Notes: generated from the letters alone by a model not told the origin. DNA of 64,000 nucleotides from an uncultured delta proteobacterium (GCA_963743525.1 CAVUQH010000004.1:288001-352000), one strand, 5' to 3'. Numbered from the stretch's first letter, positions 35,551-46,117 are shown. Program-made: numbers and translations.

Positions 35551-37944
35551 ATGATGAAGTCCATCTGCGTGGGAATCGCGGCTCTCGTCGTCACGTGGGG
35601 AACTACCGCGCACGCCGCTCCGCCGGCACCGAGCGGCGCCCATCCCCGGCTGTTCCTCGACGACGCCACGCTGGCGGCCATGCGCCAGGCGGCCAACGAT
35701 CCCAACAGCGCGGTCGCCCATGCGTTGTCGACCTGCGACGACGTGATCGCCAACCCGAGCAAGTGGACCTCCGGGGGCTATCAGGGCATCGGCTTTCCCG
35801 AGCCGTTCGGCGCCTGCGCGGTCGCCTGGGTCGTGCGCGGTGACGACGCCTCGGGTGCAGCCGCGGTGAAGTACTTCAACGCGCTGCTCGACGACTACGC
35901 CTCGGTCGGCGACGGCACCGGCGGCGACGACGTCGTCCGCCACGACTCCGGCTACTCGATGCGCGTGTTCGCGCCCTACGCCGCGATCGGCTACGACTGG
36001 CTGCAAGACGCGCCCGGCGTCAACGCGGCGCTGCTGGCTCACGCCCGTGCGCGGTTCAAGGCGTGGACCGACTGGTACGCACAGAGCGGCTACCACGCCG
36101 ACCAGGCCGGCGCGAACTACCACGCCGGCTACGTCGTCGGCGCCACGTTGATCGCGATCGCCGAGGGTGGCGAGGCCGGTTCCGACGGCGACGCGCTGTG
36201 GACCCACGTCGTCGATGACATCTTCGGTACCACCATGGCCGAGGCGGTCGCGCCGGGCGGCGTCCTCGACGGCGGCGACTGGCTCGAGGGCTGGCAGTAC
36301 GGGCCGCTGTCGGTGTCCGAGTACGCGATGGCGGCGCGCGCGCTGCACGACAACGGCGTCGCGCTCGACGGCTACGCCGCCTGGGAAGGTGCGCTGGTCA
36401 CCCGATCCATCTACGCGACCGTGCCCGACGAGTCGGGCGCGTTCATTGGTGGCGACAGCGAGAACAGCAAGCCGTACACGTCGGTTGCCGCGCTGACCCT
36501 GTACGCCAGCATGCTCGGCGACGCGTCGCCCGAGTCCAAGGCGTGGGCCTACGATCTGATCCAGAAGCGCGACCTGCGCTCGAGTACCTTCCCGCTGGTC
36601 GGCGCGATCGCCGAAGCCCGGGCCCCGGCGCCGCAGCCGTTCCCCACCGACACCGCGTCGACCTGGTACTACGCACCCGGCTCGGCGACCGTGCACGCGC
36701 GCACTGACTGGTCGGCGAATGCCGTGTGGATGGTGGCCCGCTGCGCGCCCCACCGCGTCGACGACCACATGTTCATCGACGCCGGAAACGTGGTGCTGAC
36801 CCGCGGCTCCGATGACCTGATCGTCGACCCCAGTCCGTACGGCTCGCTGTCGACCCTGACCGGCAACGCGCCGACCGTGGCCAGCCCGCAGCTGCCCAGC
36901 AGCTACCAGCCCAGTCAGGCGGTGTGGGGCGACACCTCGGGCGTCGGCTACGCGTGGATGCGGCAGACGCGGTCCGGCGTGTTCGCGACTCGCTGCGAAT
37001 ATTCCGGCCAGTACACGTTTCAGGACCGCGCCAGCGACATTCCCAGCGCCGTTCGCGACACCATCCTGGTCCCCTACGGCCAGGGCGACGCGGCGCTGGT
37101 GGTGATCGACGACGTCCAGGGCGCGGCGGCCGATCGGCCGCTCAACCTCCGCTTCCACGCGCCCGCCGGGTTCACCATGAGCGGTGACACCGCCCGCGCC
37201 ACCGTCGGCGGCTCCGATCTGATCGTCCAGGCGCCGTTCGCCACCGCGGGCACGCCGTCGACGATGACGCCGTCAGTCGGTGACTGCTCGAGCTCGCTCC
37301 GTGGCCAGTGCGAAATCGGCCGCTTCGACAGCGGCGAGTGGCGGCTCGAAGTGCCGGCCGCGCACGCGCAGGCGATCACCGTGCTCGACGCGGTCGCGAC
37401 GGGCGAGACCCTGGCCCCGGCGACGACGTCTTCGGGCACGGGCTGGCGGGCGACCGAGCTCGACCGCGACGTCGAGCACATCGCCGTGGTCGCGGTCGAC
37501 CCTGGCCTTTCGTCGGTCACCTACACCGCAGCGCCCGGTGGCCACGTCGTGGTCGGCGCGCCGCAGAGCTCGACCGGGCGCGCCGACGTGACCGCAACCG
37601 CCAACGGCGGCAACTGCGACGTCACCATCACGCCGCACAGCGGCGACGGCGGCTTCGACGCGCAGCCGCTGGTGATCGCGGTCGACGCCAGCTGCACGGT
37701 GACCGAGGACCCGACCAGTGACGGCTTCACCTCGCCGGGCGGAACCGACACTCCGCCGGGTGGCGGCGGCGGTGGCAACAACGGCACCAACGACCTCACC
37801 GGCGGGTGCCAGGCCGTCTCCGGCGCGCCGTCGGTGTTGGCGCTGTCCCTGATCCTGCTCGCCCTGGGCGTCGCCGCGCGACGACGCCGGCGCGCACATG
37901 CTCTGCGGCGCGCAGGCTCCGCGCGCGACGCGCGCTCGCGCTGA
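35551..37944 (+). CDS. Heparinase II/III-like polysaccharide lyase-fold protein with MYXO-CTERM anchor
   Basis: Signal AHA; HPRLFL, ANYH, WLEGWQYG, DH.FIDAGN; C-terminal GGC..TM..RRRRR. Confidence 0.72.
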   Translation: MMKSICVGIAALVVTWGTTAHAAPPAPSGAHPRLFLDDATLAAMRQAANDPNSAVAHALSTCDDVIANPSKWTSGGYQGIGFPEPFGACAVAWVVRGDDASGAAAVKYFNALLDDYASVGDGTGGDDVVRHDSGYSMRVFAPYAAIGYDWLQDAPGVNAALLAHARARFKAWTDWYAQSGYHADQAGANYHAGYVVGATLIAIAEGGEAGSDGDALWTHVVDDIFGTTMAEAVAPGGVLDGGDWLEGWQYGPLSVSEYAMAARALHDNGVALDGYAAWEGALVTRSIYATVPDESGAFIGGDSENSKPYTSVAALTLYASMLGDASPESKAWAYDLIQKRDLRSSTFPLVGAIAEARAPAPQPFPTDTASTWYYAPGSATVHARTDWSANAVWMVARCAPHRVDDHMFIDAGNVVLTRGSDDLIVDPSPYGSLSTLTGNAPTVASPQLPSSYQPSQAVWGDTSGVGYAWMRQTRSGVFATRCEYSGQYTFQDRASDIPSAVRDTILVPYGQGDAALVVIDDVQGAAADRPLNLRFHAPAGFTMSGDTARATVGGSDLIVQAPFATAGTPSTMTPSVGDCSSSLRGQCEIGRFDSGEWRLEVPAAHAQAITVLDAVATGETLAPATTSSGTGWRATELDRDVEHIAVVAVDPGLSSVTYTAAPGGHVVVGAPQSSTGRADVTATANGGNCDVTITPHSGDGGFDAQPLVIAVDASCTVTEDPTSDGFTSPGGTDTPPGGGGGGNNGTNDLTGGCQAVSGAPSVLALSLILLALGVAARRRRRAHALRRAGSARDARSR

Positions 37945-38000
37945 CGATCAGCCTGCTCGGCGGCGGCATCCCCGTCGATGCCGCCCACCGACTCGATCAG

Positions 38001-38023
38001 AATGACGTGGTCTGCACGTCATT
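38001..38023. promoter_or_regulatory. Palindromic upstream site (possible enhancer)
   Basis: AATGACGTG-N5-CACGTCATT, perfect 9-bp arms, about 80-100 bp upstream of a sigma54 promoter. Confidence 0.45.
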
Positions 38024-38100
38024 TTGACAGGGCGCACGGGCCAGCGCAGCCGCAGGGCGCGTTCCGCGGCGAACCTGCCCCCACCCGACGCCCGCCGGAG

Positions 38101-38117
38101 TTGGTCGCGCGCTTGCA
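38101..38117 (+). promoter_or_regulatory. Putative sigma54 promoter
   Basis: TTGGTCGCGCGCTTGCA (GG-N10-GC); RBS AAGGAG follows. Confidence 0.55.
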
Positions 38118-38152
38118 CTCCAGATCGTCACCTCTCTTCCAAGGAGTCGAAG

Positions 38153-38405
38153 ATGACGAACCCAAGCGGTACGACCGACAAGGTAAAGGCGGGCGTCGAA
38201 AGCGCCTCCGACAAGGCCAAGGCTGTCGTTCACACGGCCGAAAAGACCATCGAACGCACCACCGACAAAGCCAAGGATTCTGGCTGGCAAAGCGGTGGAA
38301 AAGGTCAAGGACACGGTCAAGGACGCCAGCAAGGCGGTCGGTGACACGGTCAAGGAGGCGAAAGACAAACTTCGCCAACGCGACCAGCCACCCAAGCCCG
38401 AGTGA
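38153..38405 (+). CDS. Small LEA/CsbD-like amphipathic stress protein (+1 frameshift at about 38278)
   Basis: 11-mer K/D/A repeats; reading GATTCTG as GATCTG restores KDLAGKAVEKVKDTVKDAS..KPE*. Confidence 0.65.
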
Positions 38406-38530
38406 TTCGAGCGAGCTGCTGGCGCGCCGGTGCTGGCGAACGTTCCGCTCGTAGTCGGGCGCTCGACGGCACCGGGCGCGAGGGTGCTGAGTTTCGCGCA
38501 GCGCACGGGATTCTTGCGTGCAAGTGTGCA

Positions 38531-38585
38531 GTTCGTGCAGGCGCGCCGGTCGTGCAGGCGCGCCGTTCGTGCAGGCGCGCCGTTC
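38531..38585. repeat. 17-bp tandem repeat x3
   Basis: G(T/G)TCGTGCAGGCGCGCC three times with no spacers. Confidence 0.85.
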
Positions 38586-38655
38586 TCCGCGTGCATTTTT
38601 GCGCGTACAGAGGCGGGTCCACGAGGCCTCGGAGGTCAGCGACGCGAACGCCACC

Positions 38656-38671
38656 TGGCACGCCTCATGCT
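38656..38671 (+). promoter_or_regulatory. Putative sigma54 promoter
   Basis: TGGCAC-GCCTC-ATGCT; RBS AAGGAG before the ATG at 38700. Confidence 0.6.
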
Positions 38672-38699
38672 TCCTACTGAGGGCAACAAGGAGAAGCAC

Positions 38700-38996
38700 A
38701 TGTCCACGCAAAAGAAGCAACGTGAGAACACGACCGACGCGACGCGCGGTGAGCCACTGGCGGAGCGCGCGCAGCAGCGCAGGGCCGAGCTCGCGACGGC
38801 GCTGGCAAAGATGCCCAGGGACCAGACCCGCGCGCGCAGGGACATCGAGCAAGCGCTGGCCGCGGTCGACGGGCTCCTCGCGGGCGATCCGGACCACTTG
38901 ACCGACGCCACCGCCGCGGACATCAGCCGCTGGCTCGAGCTGCACAAGCACCTCGCCGAGAAGCCGGCCAAGACGCCCCACGCCTCGCCGCAATAG
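38700..38996 (+). CDS. Hypothetical small helical protein
   Basis: RBS and promoter upstream; 98 aa, amphipathic helices. Confidence 0.7.
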   Translation: MSTQKKQRENTTDATRGEPLAERAQQRRAELATALAKMPRDQTRARRDIEQALAAVDGLLAGDPDHLTDATAADISRWLELHKHLAEKPAKTPHASPQ

Positions 38997-39035
38997 CCAG
39001 CCTCCGGGCCCACCTCTCGTCTCCGCGGGTCATCG

Positions 39036-40413
39036 ATGAACGCGCTGAAGCGCTTCTGGGACCGGATGCGGACCAGCTTCTGGTTCTTCCCCATGCTGAT
39101 CGTCACGGGCAGCATCGCCCTGGCGATCGGCTTGATCGCGGCACACTCGAGCGGAAGCGGACGATGGCTGGAACGTTGGCCGCGTCTGTTCGGTGCCGGC
39201 GCGGAAGGCGCCCGGGGGATGCTGGCGACGATCGCGGGCTCGATGATGACCGTCGTGGGGGTCACCTTCTCGATGACCTTGGTGACCCTTGCGCTCGCGT
39301 CGGGACAGTACACCTCGCGCGTTCTGCGAAATTTCATGCGCGACCGGGTGACGCAGATCGTGCTCGGGATCTTCGCGGGAATCTTCGTCTATTGCCTGAT
39401 CGTGCTGCGCACCATCCGCAGCGGCGCCGAGGCGGAGTTCGTGCCGGGCCTGGCCGTGTCGCTCAGCCTGGTCCTTGCGACCGCCGGCATCTTCATTCTC
39501 ATCTACTTCATTCACCACGTCGCGTCGTCAATCCAGGCCTCCAGCATCGTCGCGTCCGTCGCCGACGAAACCCTCCAGGCCGTGGACCGGTTGTATCCGG
39601 AGGACTTTCGACCCAATACGGAAGACGACGACCTGGCCTCCTCGGCGCTCGCGCAGTTGGATCGAGCCTGGCAGCCAGTGCCCGCCCACGACAATGGGTA
39701 CATCGAGTATGTAAATCGTGACGAGCTGAAGCGCCTGGCGCTGGAGCACGAGACCATCGTGCGAATGGAGATCGGCATCGGCGGATTCGCGGTTGACAAC
39801 GGGACGCTGGCCTCGCTTGCCCTCGACGAGCCGCCGGACGAAGGGCTCGTCGCGGCCGTGCAGGCGACCTACTTCATCGGTCGCCACCGCACACTGCAGC
39901 AGGATTGCGCATACGGTGTCCGACAGATCGTAGACGTCGCAATGCGGGCGCTGTCGCCCAGCACCAATGACACGACGACGGCCGTCATGTGCATCGACTG
40001 ATCTGACGGCGATTTTGGCGCGCCTGGCTTCCCGGAGCTTCCCCACCTCGCTTCGCGATGAAGCGGGCGACATCCGGGTGATTGGCAACGCGCCAAGCTT
40101 CGAGACCTTCGTGGCCGCGGCGTTCGATCAGATTCGCGGAAGCGCCGCGGGAAATGTCGCCATCATGTTGCGCATGCTCGGCGCGCTTCACGCCATCGCC
40201 AACGCGACCCAGAGCACCGAGCGGAGGCGGGCACTCAGCAGGCATGTGGACGACATCGCCGAGCTGGCGCAGCGCACCCTCGAATCCCCATACGACCGGG
40301 CGCGGTTCGACGATCGTCTGACGAAGGTGCGCAAATCGGTCAGTTCCCGCGCGACCCAGCGGCTCTATGAGGCAGCCGAGGACCCGCCCGGCCGCCGGCA
40401 GTCTACGGTCTAG
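39036..40413 (+). CDS. DUF2254 family membrane protein (+1 frameshift at about 39999)
   Basis: SFWFFP, TIAGSMMTV.GVTFS.T.V.L.LASGQYTSR.LRNF.RD, FIHH, RALSP..NDTTTA; continues as LTAILARL in the next frame. Confidence 0.85.
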
Positions 40414-43377
40414 CAGCCCGCGGGGGTGCCGCGCACCGCCGCCGCGGCCGGGCTGTTCCACAGGGTGTGGAAGTCGTGGTCGGCGAGGGAGCCGAGGGCC
40501 GGGTGTGCGTAGTTGACGGCGTGGACGGTGCCGTCGGGATCGACGCAGGCGATCGCCCAGGGGGCGCGGCAGGGGTGGATGCGGGCGCGGTTGGCGTAGT
40601 CGTCGGCGTCGCGGAAGGCGAGGACCTCGGGGTGGCCGGCGGCCTGGCAGCGACAGAGGGTCGGCGGTGCCAGGTGGTTGACGAGGACGATGCCCGAGCC
40701 CGACAGCTCGTCGGAAAGTGCACGGACGGCGGCGCGCATCTCGGACGCCCGCGGGGCGACCAGGTCGCGGCGGGCGAAGGCGTTGATCGGGTAGGTCTCT
40801 TCGATCTTGAGCCAGTCGAGGCCGAGGTCGCGGGCGAGGCGGCCGAGCGCGGCGAGCTCGGACAGGTTGCCGCGGCCGACGACGGTGGAGACGCCGACGC
40901 GGAGATTGGCGCGGGTGCGGGCGCGGAGGTCGAGGAGGGCGCGCACGTTGGCGAGGACGACCTCGAGGCTGGCGCCGGTGCGGGTGGCGTCGTTGGTTGC
41001 GGCGGTGGCGCCGTCGATGGAGACCATGATGCTGGACAGGCCCAGGTCGAGGAGCCCGCGGGCGCGCTCGGGGGTGAGCAGCATGCCGTTGGTCGCCAGG
41101 TGGATGACCGGGCCGGAGCGCGGACCGCGCGCGCGGCGAATGGCGCGGAGGACGTCGTCGAGCTCGGGGGCCACCAGCGACTCGCCACCGTGGGTGAAGG
41201 CGACGTAGTCGGCGGCGGCGAACGGCTCGCGCAAGGCGTCGAGCACCCACGGGCGGATGGTCCGCGCCCTGCCCTCTCGCGTGCGCGCCGGGGCACCGGT
41301 GATGCAGTGCCGGCAGCGCAGGTTGCACGCCTCGGTGACGGTCACGTAGAGCATCGTCGGCAGCGCCGGTGATTCGGCCATGCCGGCGCGGGCGGCGCGG
41401 GCGGCGAGCTCGGTGTTGGCGACGGCCAGCGCCAGGTCGAGCGGCGGCGGCGTGCGGTCGAGGACGGCGCCGGAGCGCGGGCCCAGGACCAGCTTGCCGT
41501 CATCAACAGCCGCGCGCCCACAGACCAGGGAGAGCTGGCCGGGCACGGCGCCGACCGCGAGAGTGACTTCGGTGTCGCCGCGGTTGAGGATCACGTCGCA
41601 GATGGAGTCGCCGGCGACCCGGCGCACGGCGAAGACGTCGTCGGTGGCACCGTCCAGCGCCAGCGGGAGCTCGTCGCCGCGGCGCAGCGCGCGGTGGCGG
41701 CGGCGCAGCGCCAGGGCGCCGGTGACCAGCTCGAGGGTCTCGTGGTCCCAGTCGTCCGGGCGCCACGGCATCGGCTGCCGGTCGGGCCACGAGTCCTCGA
41801 AGGCGCGCTCGGGCTGGTCGGACGCCAGCCCGATCTCGTCGCCGTAGTAGAGCATCGGCACGGCGGCGCCGGTCAGGATGCGCAACAGGCCGAGCCGCGC
41901 GAGCCGCGGGTCGCCGGTGACGGTGCCGACGCGCGGGTGGTCGTGGGTGCCGGTGAAGCCGATGGCGGTCCAGCCCGGCCCACCGCGGCGAAAACGCCGG
42001 CGCCGGGTCTCGGCGGCCAGCTCGCCGGCGGTGATGGTCCCGCGCGCCAGCCAGTCCATCAGCGCCTCCCGCGACGGCGAAGTCGGTGGCGGCGTCGACG
42101 GCGCCGGCCGTCCAGCGCTCGATGTGTGCGGGCACGATCTCGCCGAAGACCACGGCGTCGGGACTAACGGCGCGCACCGCGCGGCGGATACGCCTGCACA
42201 GCGCTCGCGGCACGTCGGCGGCGGCGTCGATGCGGAAGCCATCGATGCCGGCCCGCGCCCAGCCGACGAAGGTGCCGACCAGATAGTCCTGCACCTCGGG
42301 GTTGTCGGTGTCGAGTAGCGGCTCGCGCCACTGCCCCTTCTGGTAGTGGCGATAACCCGGCCGCAGTCCGGATGCGAACGGGTGCGCGTAGATGTGGAAC
42401 CAGTCCCAGTACGCCGACGCCGGCCCGCGCTGGGCGACGTCGACGAACGCCGAGTGGCCGCGATCGACGTGGGTCACCGCGACGTCGGCGATCACCCGCA
42501 GCCCGCAGCCGTGGGCTGCCGCGAGCAGATCGAGCAGCGCCGATTCGCCGCCCAGCTCCGGCGCCACTCGCCGCGGATCGACGGCGTCATAGCGGTGAGT
42601 CGACGGCGACGGACAGATCGGTGTCAGGTGAATCACCGTGACGCCGAGCTCGCACAGGTGCGGCAGCGACTCGATCACGCCGCGCAGATCACCGCCGCAG
42701 GCGCGATCGCGCTGCCAGCCGGCGTTCGCCGGCCAGGTGCCGGCGCCGGCGCCGCGGCGGAAGCGGTCGACCAGCACGGTGTAGACCACCGCGTCGCGCC
42801 ACCACGCCGGAGCGTCCGCGCGCAGGCGACGTGGGGCGACGCGGAAGCCCTGCCCACCCGCACCGACGACCTCGCCGCCGGCCAGCACGAAGCTGTAGTC
42901 GACCCGGCTGCCGGCGCCGGGCAGCGCGGCCTCGAACAGCAAGTGCTCGTCTTCTTCGCCGACCCGGTGCATCCACACTGCGCGCGGCCCGTCGCCTTCA
43001 TCCCAGCGGAGCTGCAGCCGATCGCCGGCGCCGCGGCGCAGCCCGGCGCGAACGATCAACCGCCCGTCGTCGTCAACAAAGGAGTACGGACGAGCCGGCA
43101 CGTGTAGCACCGGCTCGTCCGTACCGCCCACCACCAGGAGTGAATTCCTGTGCCCGCGCGCCGACCGGGTGCGACCGTTGGACGGGTCCAGGCGCCAGTC
43201 GTCGTCGCCGTGGCGAAACTTGTACTCGTAGATTCCTACGTCGAGATCGAGATCGGCCTCGAGCCAACCGGCGCCTGCGTCGCTCATGGCAGACGATCGG
43301 CTCCAACAGCTCATTTCACCGCGGAGCTCGGCGACGGACGCCGGCGGCCCGGGCCGGTATCGAATCAGCGTCTTCAC
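40410..43377 (-). CDS. GH13 (neopullulanase-like) - radical SAM/SPASM-twitch fusion protein (+1 frameshift at about 42072)
   Basis: CBM48-like YEYKF; GGDLRG, STHRYD, GFRIDAA, VFGE, GTHD, YYGDEIG; then in the same frame CNLRCRHC, GGE, ATNG, VSIDG, CRAPW..CVDPDG. Confidence 0.85.
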
Positions 43378-44267
43378 GCGCTGGCGCGAGCGCTCGTGCG
43401 CGCGGCCTCCCGGTCGGCCGGCGAGCCGGCGAAGATGCGCTCCACGGTGCGGCGGGGAGTCCCGCACGGCGGATGCGCGTAGGTTCCGCGCTGGTGGTCG
43501 TCCGACGACGCCGTCCAGTGCTTGTCCCGCGCCTCCGCCCACGCCCGCAGCTCGGCCGCGTAGCCGGGCTGGTGGCGCGAGGTGTAGACCTCGACGCCCG
43601 AGGCGAAGTCGAGGATCGACTGCATCCTCCCGCGGTCGCGCGCCCGCGCGGAATGGGCGACCACGTCGAGGGCGCCGTCTGCGCGGATGACCTCGATCAG
43701 CTCCTCCGGCGTCCAGCCGAACAGCTCGGCGTCGTCGAGGAAGTGGCGCTGATGGGCGTGGAACAGCGGCAGCAGCACGCGGTTGTGCTGGTGCACCAGC
43801 TCGATCATCGACTGCAGCGCGGGGAACTCGGCACCGACCAGGGTGCGCAGATTACCGTGCGGGTCGAGCGGCTCCGAATCCCACGGCGGCAAGCCGTCGA
43901 GCCAGGTCAGCACGTGCTCGCGCCAGCGGCGGTGGAGCACGCCGGCGCGCCGGGCCAGCACGGTGCGCCACAGGCTGCCGTCGGCCAGCATCGACGGCGG
44001 GAAATAGGCGAGGATGTGGATCTGCTCGGCGTCGGGGTTGCCGAAGTGGATGAACGAGCTCGTCTCCATCGCCGGCACCAGCACCAGCCCACTGTCCTCT
44101 GCCGCGGCTGCCGCGCGCGGCACCCCGGCAAAGGTGTCGTGGTCCGACAGCGCGATCACCTCGAAGCCGCGCTCGGCGCGGTGGGCGACGTACTCCTCCG
44201 GCGACGCCTTGCCGTCGGAGAAGAAGCTGTGGCCGTGCAGGTCGGTGGCGACGAAGCCGTCCATCAC
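43374..44267 (-). CDS. PHP-domain metal-dependent phosphoesterase
   Basis: DLHGHS..SDG, SDHD, HILAY, VVAH, GVEVY, SSDDH. Confidence 0.88.
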   Translation of the reverse strand: MMDGFVATDLHGHSFFSDGKASPEEYVAHRAERGFEVIALSDHDTFAGVPRAAAAAEDSGLVLVPAMETSSFIHFGNPDAEQIHILAYFPPSMLADGSLWRTVLARRAGVLHRRWREHVLTWLDGLPPWDSEPLDPHGNLRTLVGAEFPALQSMIELVHQHNRVLLPLFHAHQRHFLDDAELFGWTPEELIEVIRADGALDVVAHSARARDRGRMQSILDFASGVEVYTSRHQPGYAAELRAWAEARDKHWTASSDDHQRGTYAHPPCGTPRRTVERIFAGSPADREAARTSARASA

Positions 44268-45208
44268 TGCACCACGGGGGCGCGCTCGACGCGGTAGTTG
44301 AGGCCGTTGTTGTTGGCCCAGAAGCCGTATTCAGTGGCGTCGTTGACCACGCCGTGCTGGTACTGCACCGCGTACTCGAACGCCTGGATGTCCGAGCCCG
44401 GAAGGTCGACATCCATCTCCCACAGCTCGCCGCCGTAGACGTCTTCGACCCAGTGCCAGCTGTTCTTGTCGCCCGGCGCGCCCATGGCGAAATCGAGCAC
44501 GTTCTGCCAGCCGTCGGTGGTGGCGACCATGCGGATCTTCTTGTCGTAGTCGAGGTCGGCGATCCACAGCGACACCTTGCCGTGCACGCCGGTGTCGTCG
44601 ACGGCCACCGTGTTGTTGTAGGTGTTGACCCGGATGATCTGCTGGTCGGGGCCAGCGTTGATCACGTGGTACTCACCCTGATTGTCGTCGTAGTAGGTGT
44701 GGTACGCGCCGTCGCGGTAGAAGGCGTCGAAGGTGAAGAAATCGCGCCACGAGGGAAGGCTGACCCGCACGTGCCACTCCTCGTAGCCGTTGTCCCAGGT
44801 CTGGAAGTAGTAGCCGTACGCAGTCTGCTCGATGTTGTCGAACGGATTGCGGTAGACGACGCCGACCTCTTTGTCGTCGAGGTTGGCGCCCTGCACCGGC
44901 TTGACCCGCAGCTTGAGGATCACGTCGACGCTGCCGCAGCCGAAGCGGGTGTTGGGATTGGCGCACTCGGCCCAGAACTGGCCGAAGTACTTGACCATCT
45001 CGACGTTGCGCTGGCCTTCGTACTGGACCCAGTCGGCCTGCTCGTGACCACCGACATCGGGCTGGTCAACGCAGGCGGTGTTGCCCAGGGCGAGAACGCT
45101 TGCCAGTGCCGAACCCGACGCCAGCAGGCTGGTGCGAGTGCGGGTGCGCTGAAGGGCGCGGGCAAACAGGTGGTCGATTCCGTTCTTCTTCTTGTCGCGG
45201 ATCTGCAC
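44264..45208 (-). CDS. Exported/lipoprotein with tandem CBM21-like starch-binding domains
   Basis: GKV.LWIADLDYDKKI..TTDGW and FEYAVQY..FWANNNGLNY fit the CBM21 pattern; a similar first domain ends YYDDNQGEY; start uncertain. Confidence 0.7.
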   Translation of the reverse strand: MQIRDKKKNGIDHLFARALQRTRTRTSLLASGSALASVLALGNTACVDQPDVGGHEQADWVQYEGQRNVEMVKYFGQFWAECANPNTRFGCGSVDVILKLRVKPVQGANLDDKEVGVVYRNPFDNIEQTAYGYYFQTWDNGYEEWHVRVSLPSWRDFFTFDAFYRDGAYHTYYDDNQGEYHVINAGPDQQIIRVNTYNNTVAVDDTGVHGKVSLWIADLDYDKKIRMVATTDGWQNVLDFAMGAPGDKNSWHWVEDVYGGELWEMDVDLPGSDIQAFEYAVQYQHGVVNDATEYGFWANNNGLNYRVERAPVVQ

Positions 45209-45250
45209 AGGGGGTCTCCGGTTGGGGGGTGGGAGTGTGCGACCGCTCGC

Positions 45251-45266
45251 AGCAAACCGCGCGCCA
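45251..45266 (-). promoter_or_regulatory. Sigma54 promoter of the CBM21-PHP-GH13/rSAM operon
   Basis: TGGCGC-GCGGT-TTGCT, near consensus. Confidence 0.65.
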
Positions 45267-45336
45267 AGCAGAGCCGTCGCCGCAACCCCGCGCGCCCGCA
45301 CGCGAAATCCACACACGCGGCGGCCACAGGCAGGTG

Positions 45337-45380
45337 CCGTTGCCAGCGGCAGCGGCCCCCGCGTTGCCAGGCGCAACGCG
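45337..45380. promoter_or_regulatory. Paired putative enhancer palindromes
   Basis: CGCGTTGC-CAGGC-GCAACGCG plus a weaker CCGTTGC-CAGCG-GCAGCGG. Confidence 0.55.
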
Positions 45381-45471
45381 CTCGCCCGGCGCGCACCACA
45401 AACGCGTAATCGCGCAGACACGGTCAACGGCGAATGGAACTGCGCGGTCCCGGCGTTATGCTCGCGCCCCG

Positions 45472-46113
45472 ATGCTGCAGCTCATCCTCGGCAACAAGAA
45501 CTACTCCTCCTGGTCGATGCGCCCCTACCTGGCCCTGGCCCACACCGGCGCTCCGTTCGAAGAGCAGGTCATCCCGCTGTTCGAAGAGGGCTACAAGGCG
45601 CGCATCCACGAACAGGTGCCCAGCGGCCTGGTGCCGGCGCTGCGCGACGGCGACCAGCTGGTCTGGGATTCGCTGTCCATCTGCGAATACCTGGCCGAGC
45701 GGTTCCCCCAGGCCCACCTGTGGCCCGCCGATGCCGGCGCCCGCGCCCACGCGCGCTCGGTCAGCTGCGAGATGCACGCCGGCTTCCTGGCGCTGCGCCG
45801 CGAGATGCCGATGAACCTGCACCGCAGCCGGCCCGGCCAGGGACGGACCGATGCCGCGCTGGCCGACATCGAGCGGGTCACCGACATCTGGAGGGACTGC
45901 CTGCAGCGCTACGGCGGGCCGTTTCTGTTCGGCAGCTTCACCATCGCCGACTGCATGTACGCGCCGGTCGTCACCCGCTTCCTCACCTACGGCGTGGAGA
46001 TCGACGACGCCTGCCGCGGCTACATGGACGCGATCATGGCCTTCCCGCCGATGGTCGCCTGGCACCAGGCCGCTCGCGCCGAGCCGTGGACGATCGCGCA
46101 GTACGAAGAGTAG
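45472..46113 (+). CDS. Glutathione S-transferase family protein
   Basis: LILGNKNYSSWSMRP, PSGLVP.L, WDSLSICEYLAE, FTIADCMYAP. Confidence 0.94.
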   Translation: MLQLILGNKNYSSWSMRPYLALAHTGAPFEEQVIPLFEEGYKARIHEQVPSGLVPALRDGDQLVWDSLSICEYLAERFPQAHLWPADAGARAHARSVSCEMHAGFLALRREMPMNLHRSRPGQGRTDAALADIERVTDIWRDCLQRYGGPFLFGSFTIADCMYAPVVTRFLTYGVEIDDACRGYMDAIMAFPPMVAWHQAARAEPWTIAQYEE

Positions 46114-46117
46114 CCGA

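Noticed and set aside
37962..37985. Hairpin GGCGGCATC/GATGCCGCC as an intrinsic terminator
   Set aside because: No U-tract; short GC hairpins arise easily by chance here.
38531..38585. Possible CRISPR array
   Set aside because: 17-bp units with no spacers and no cas genes.
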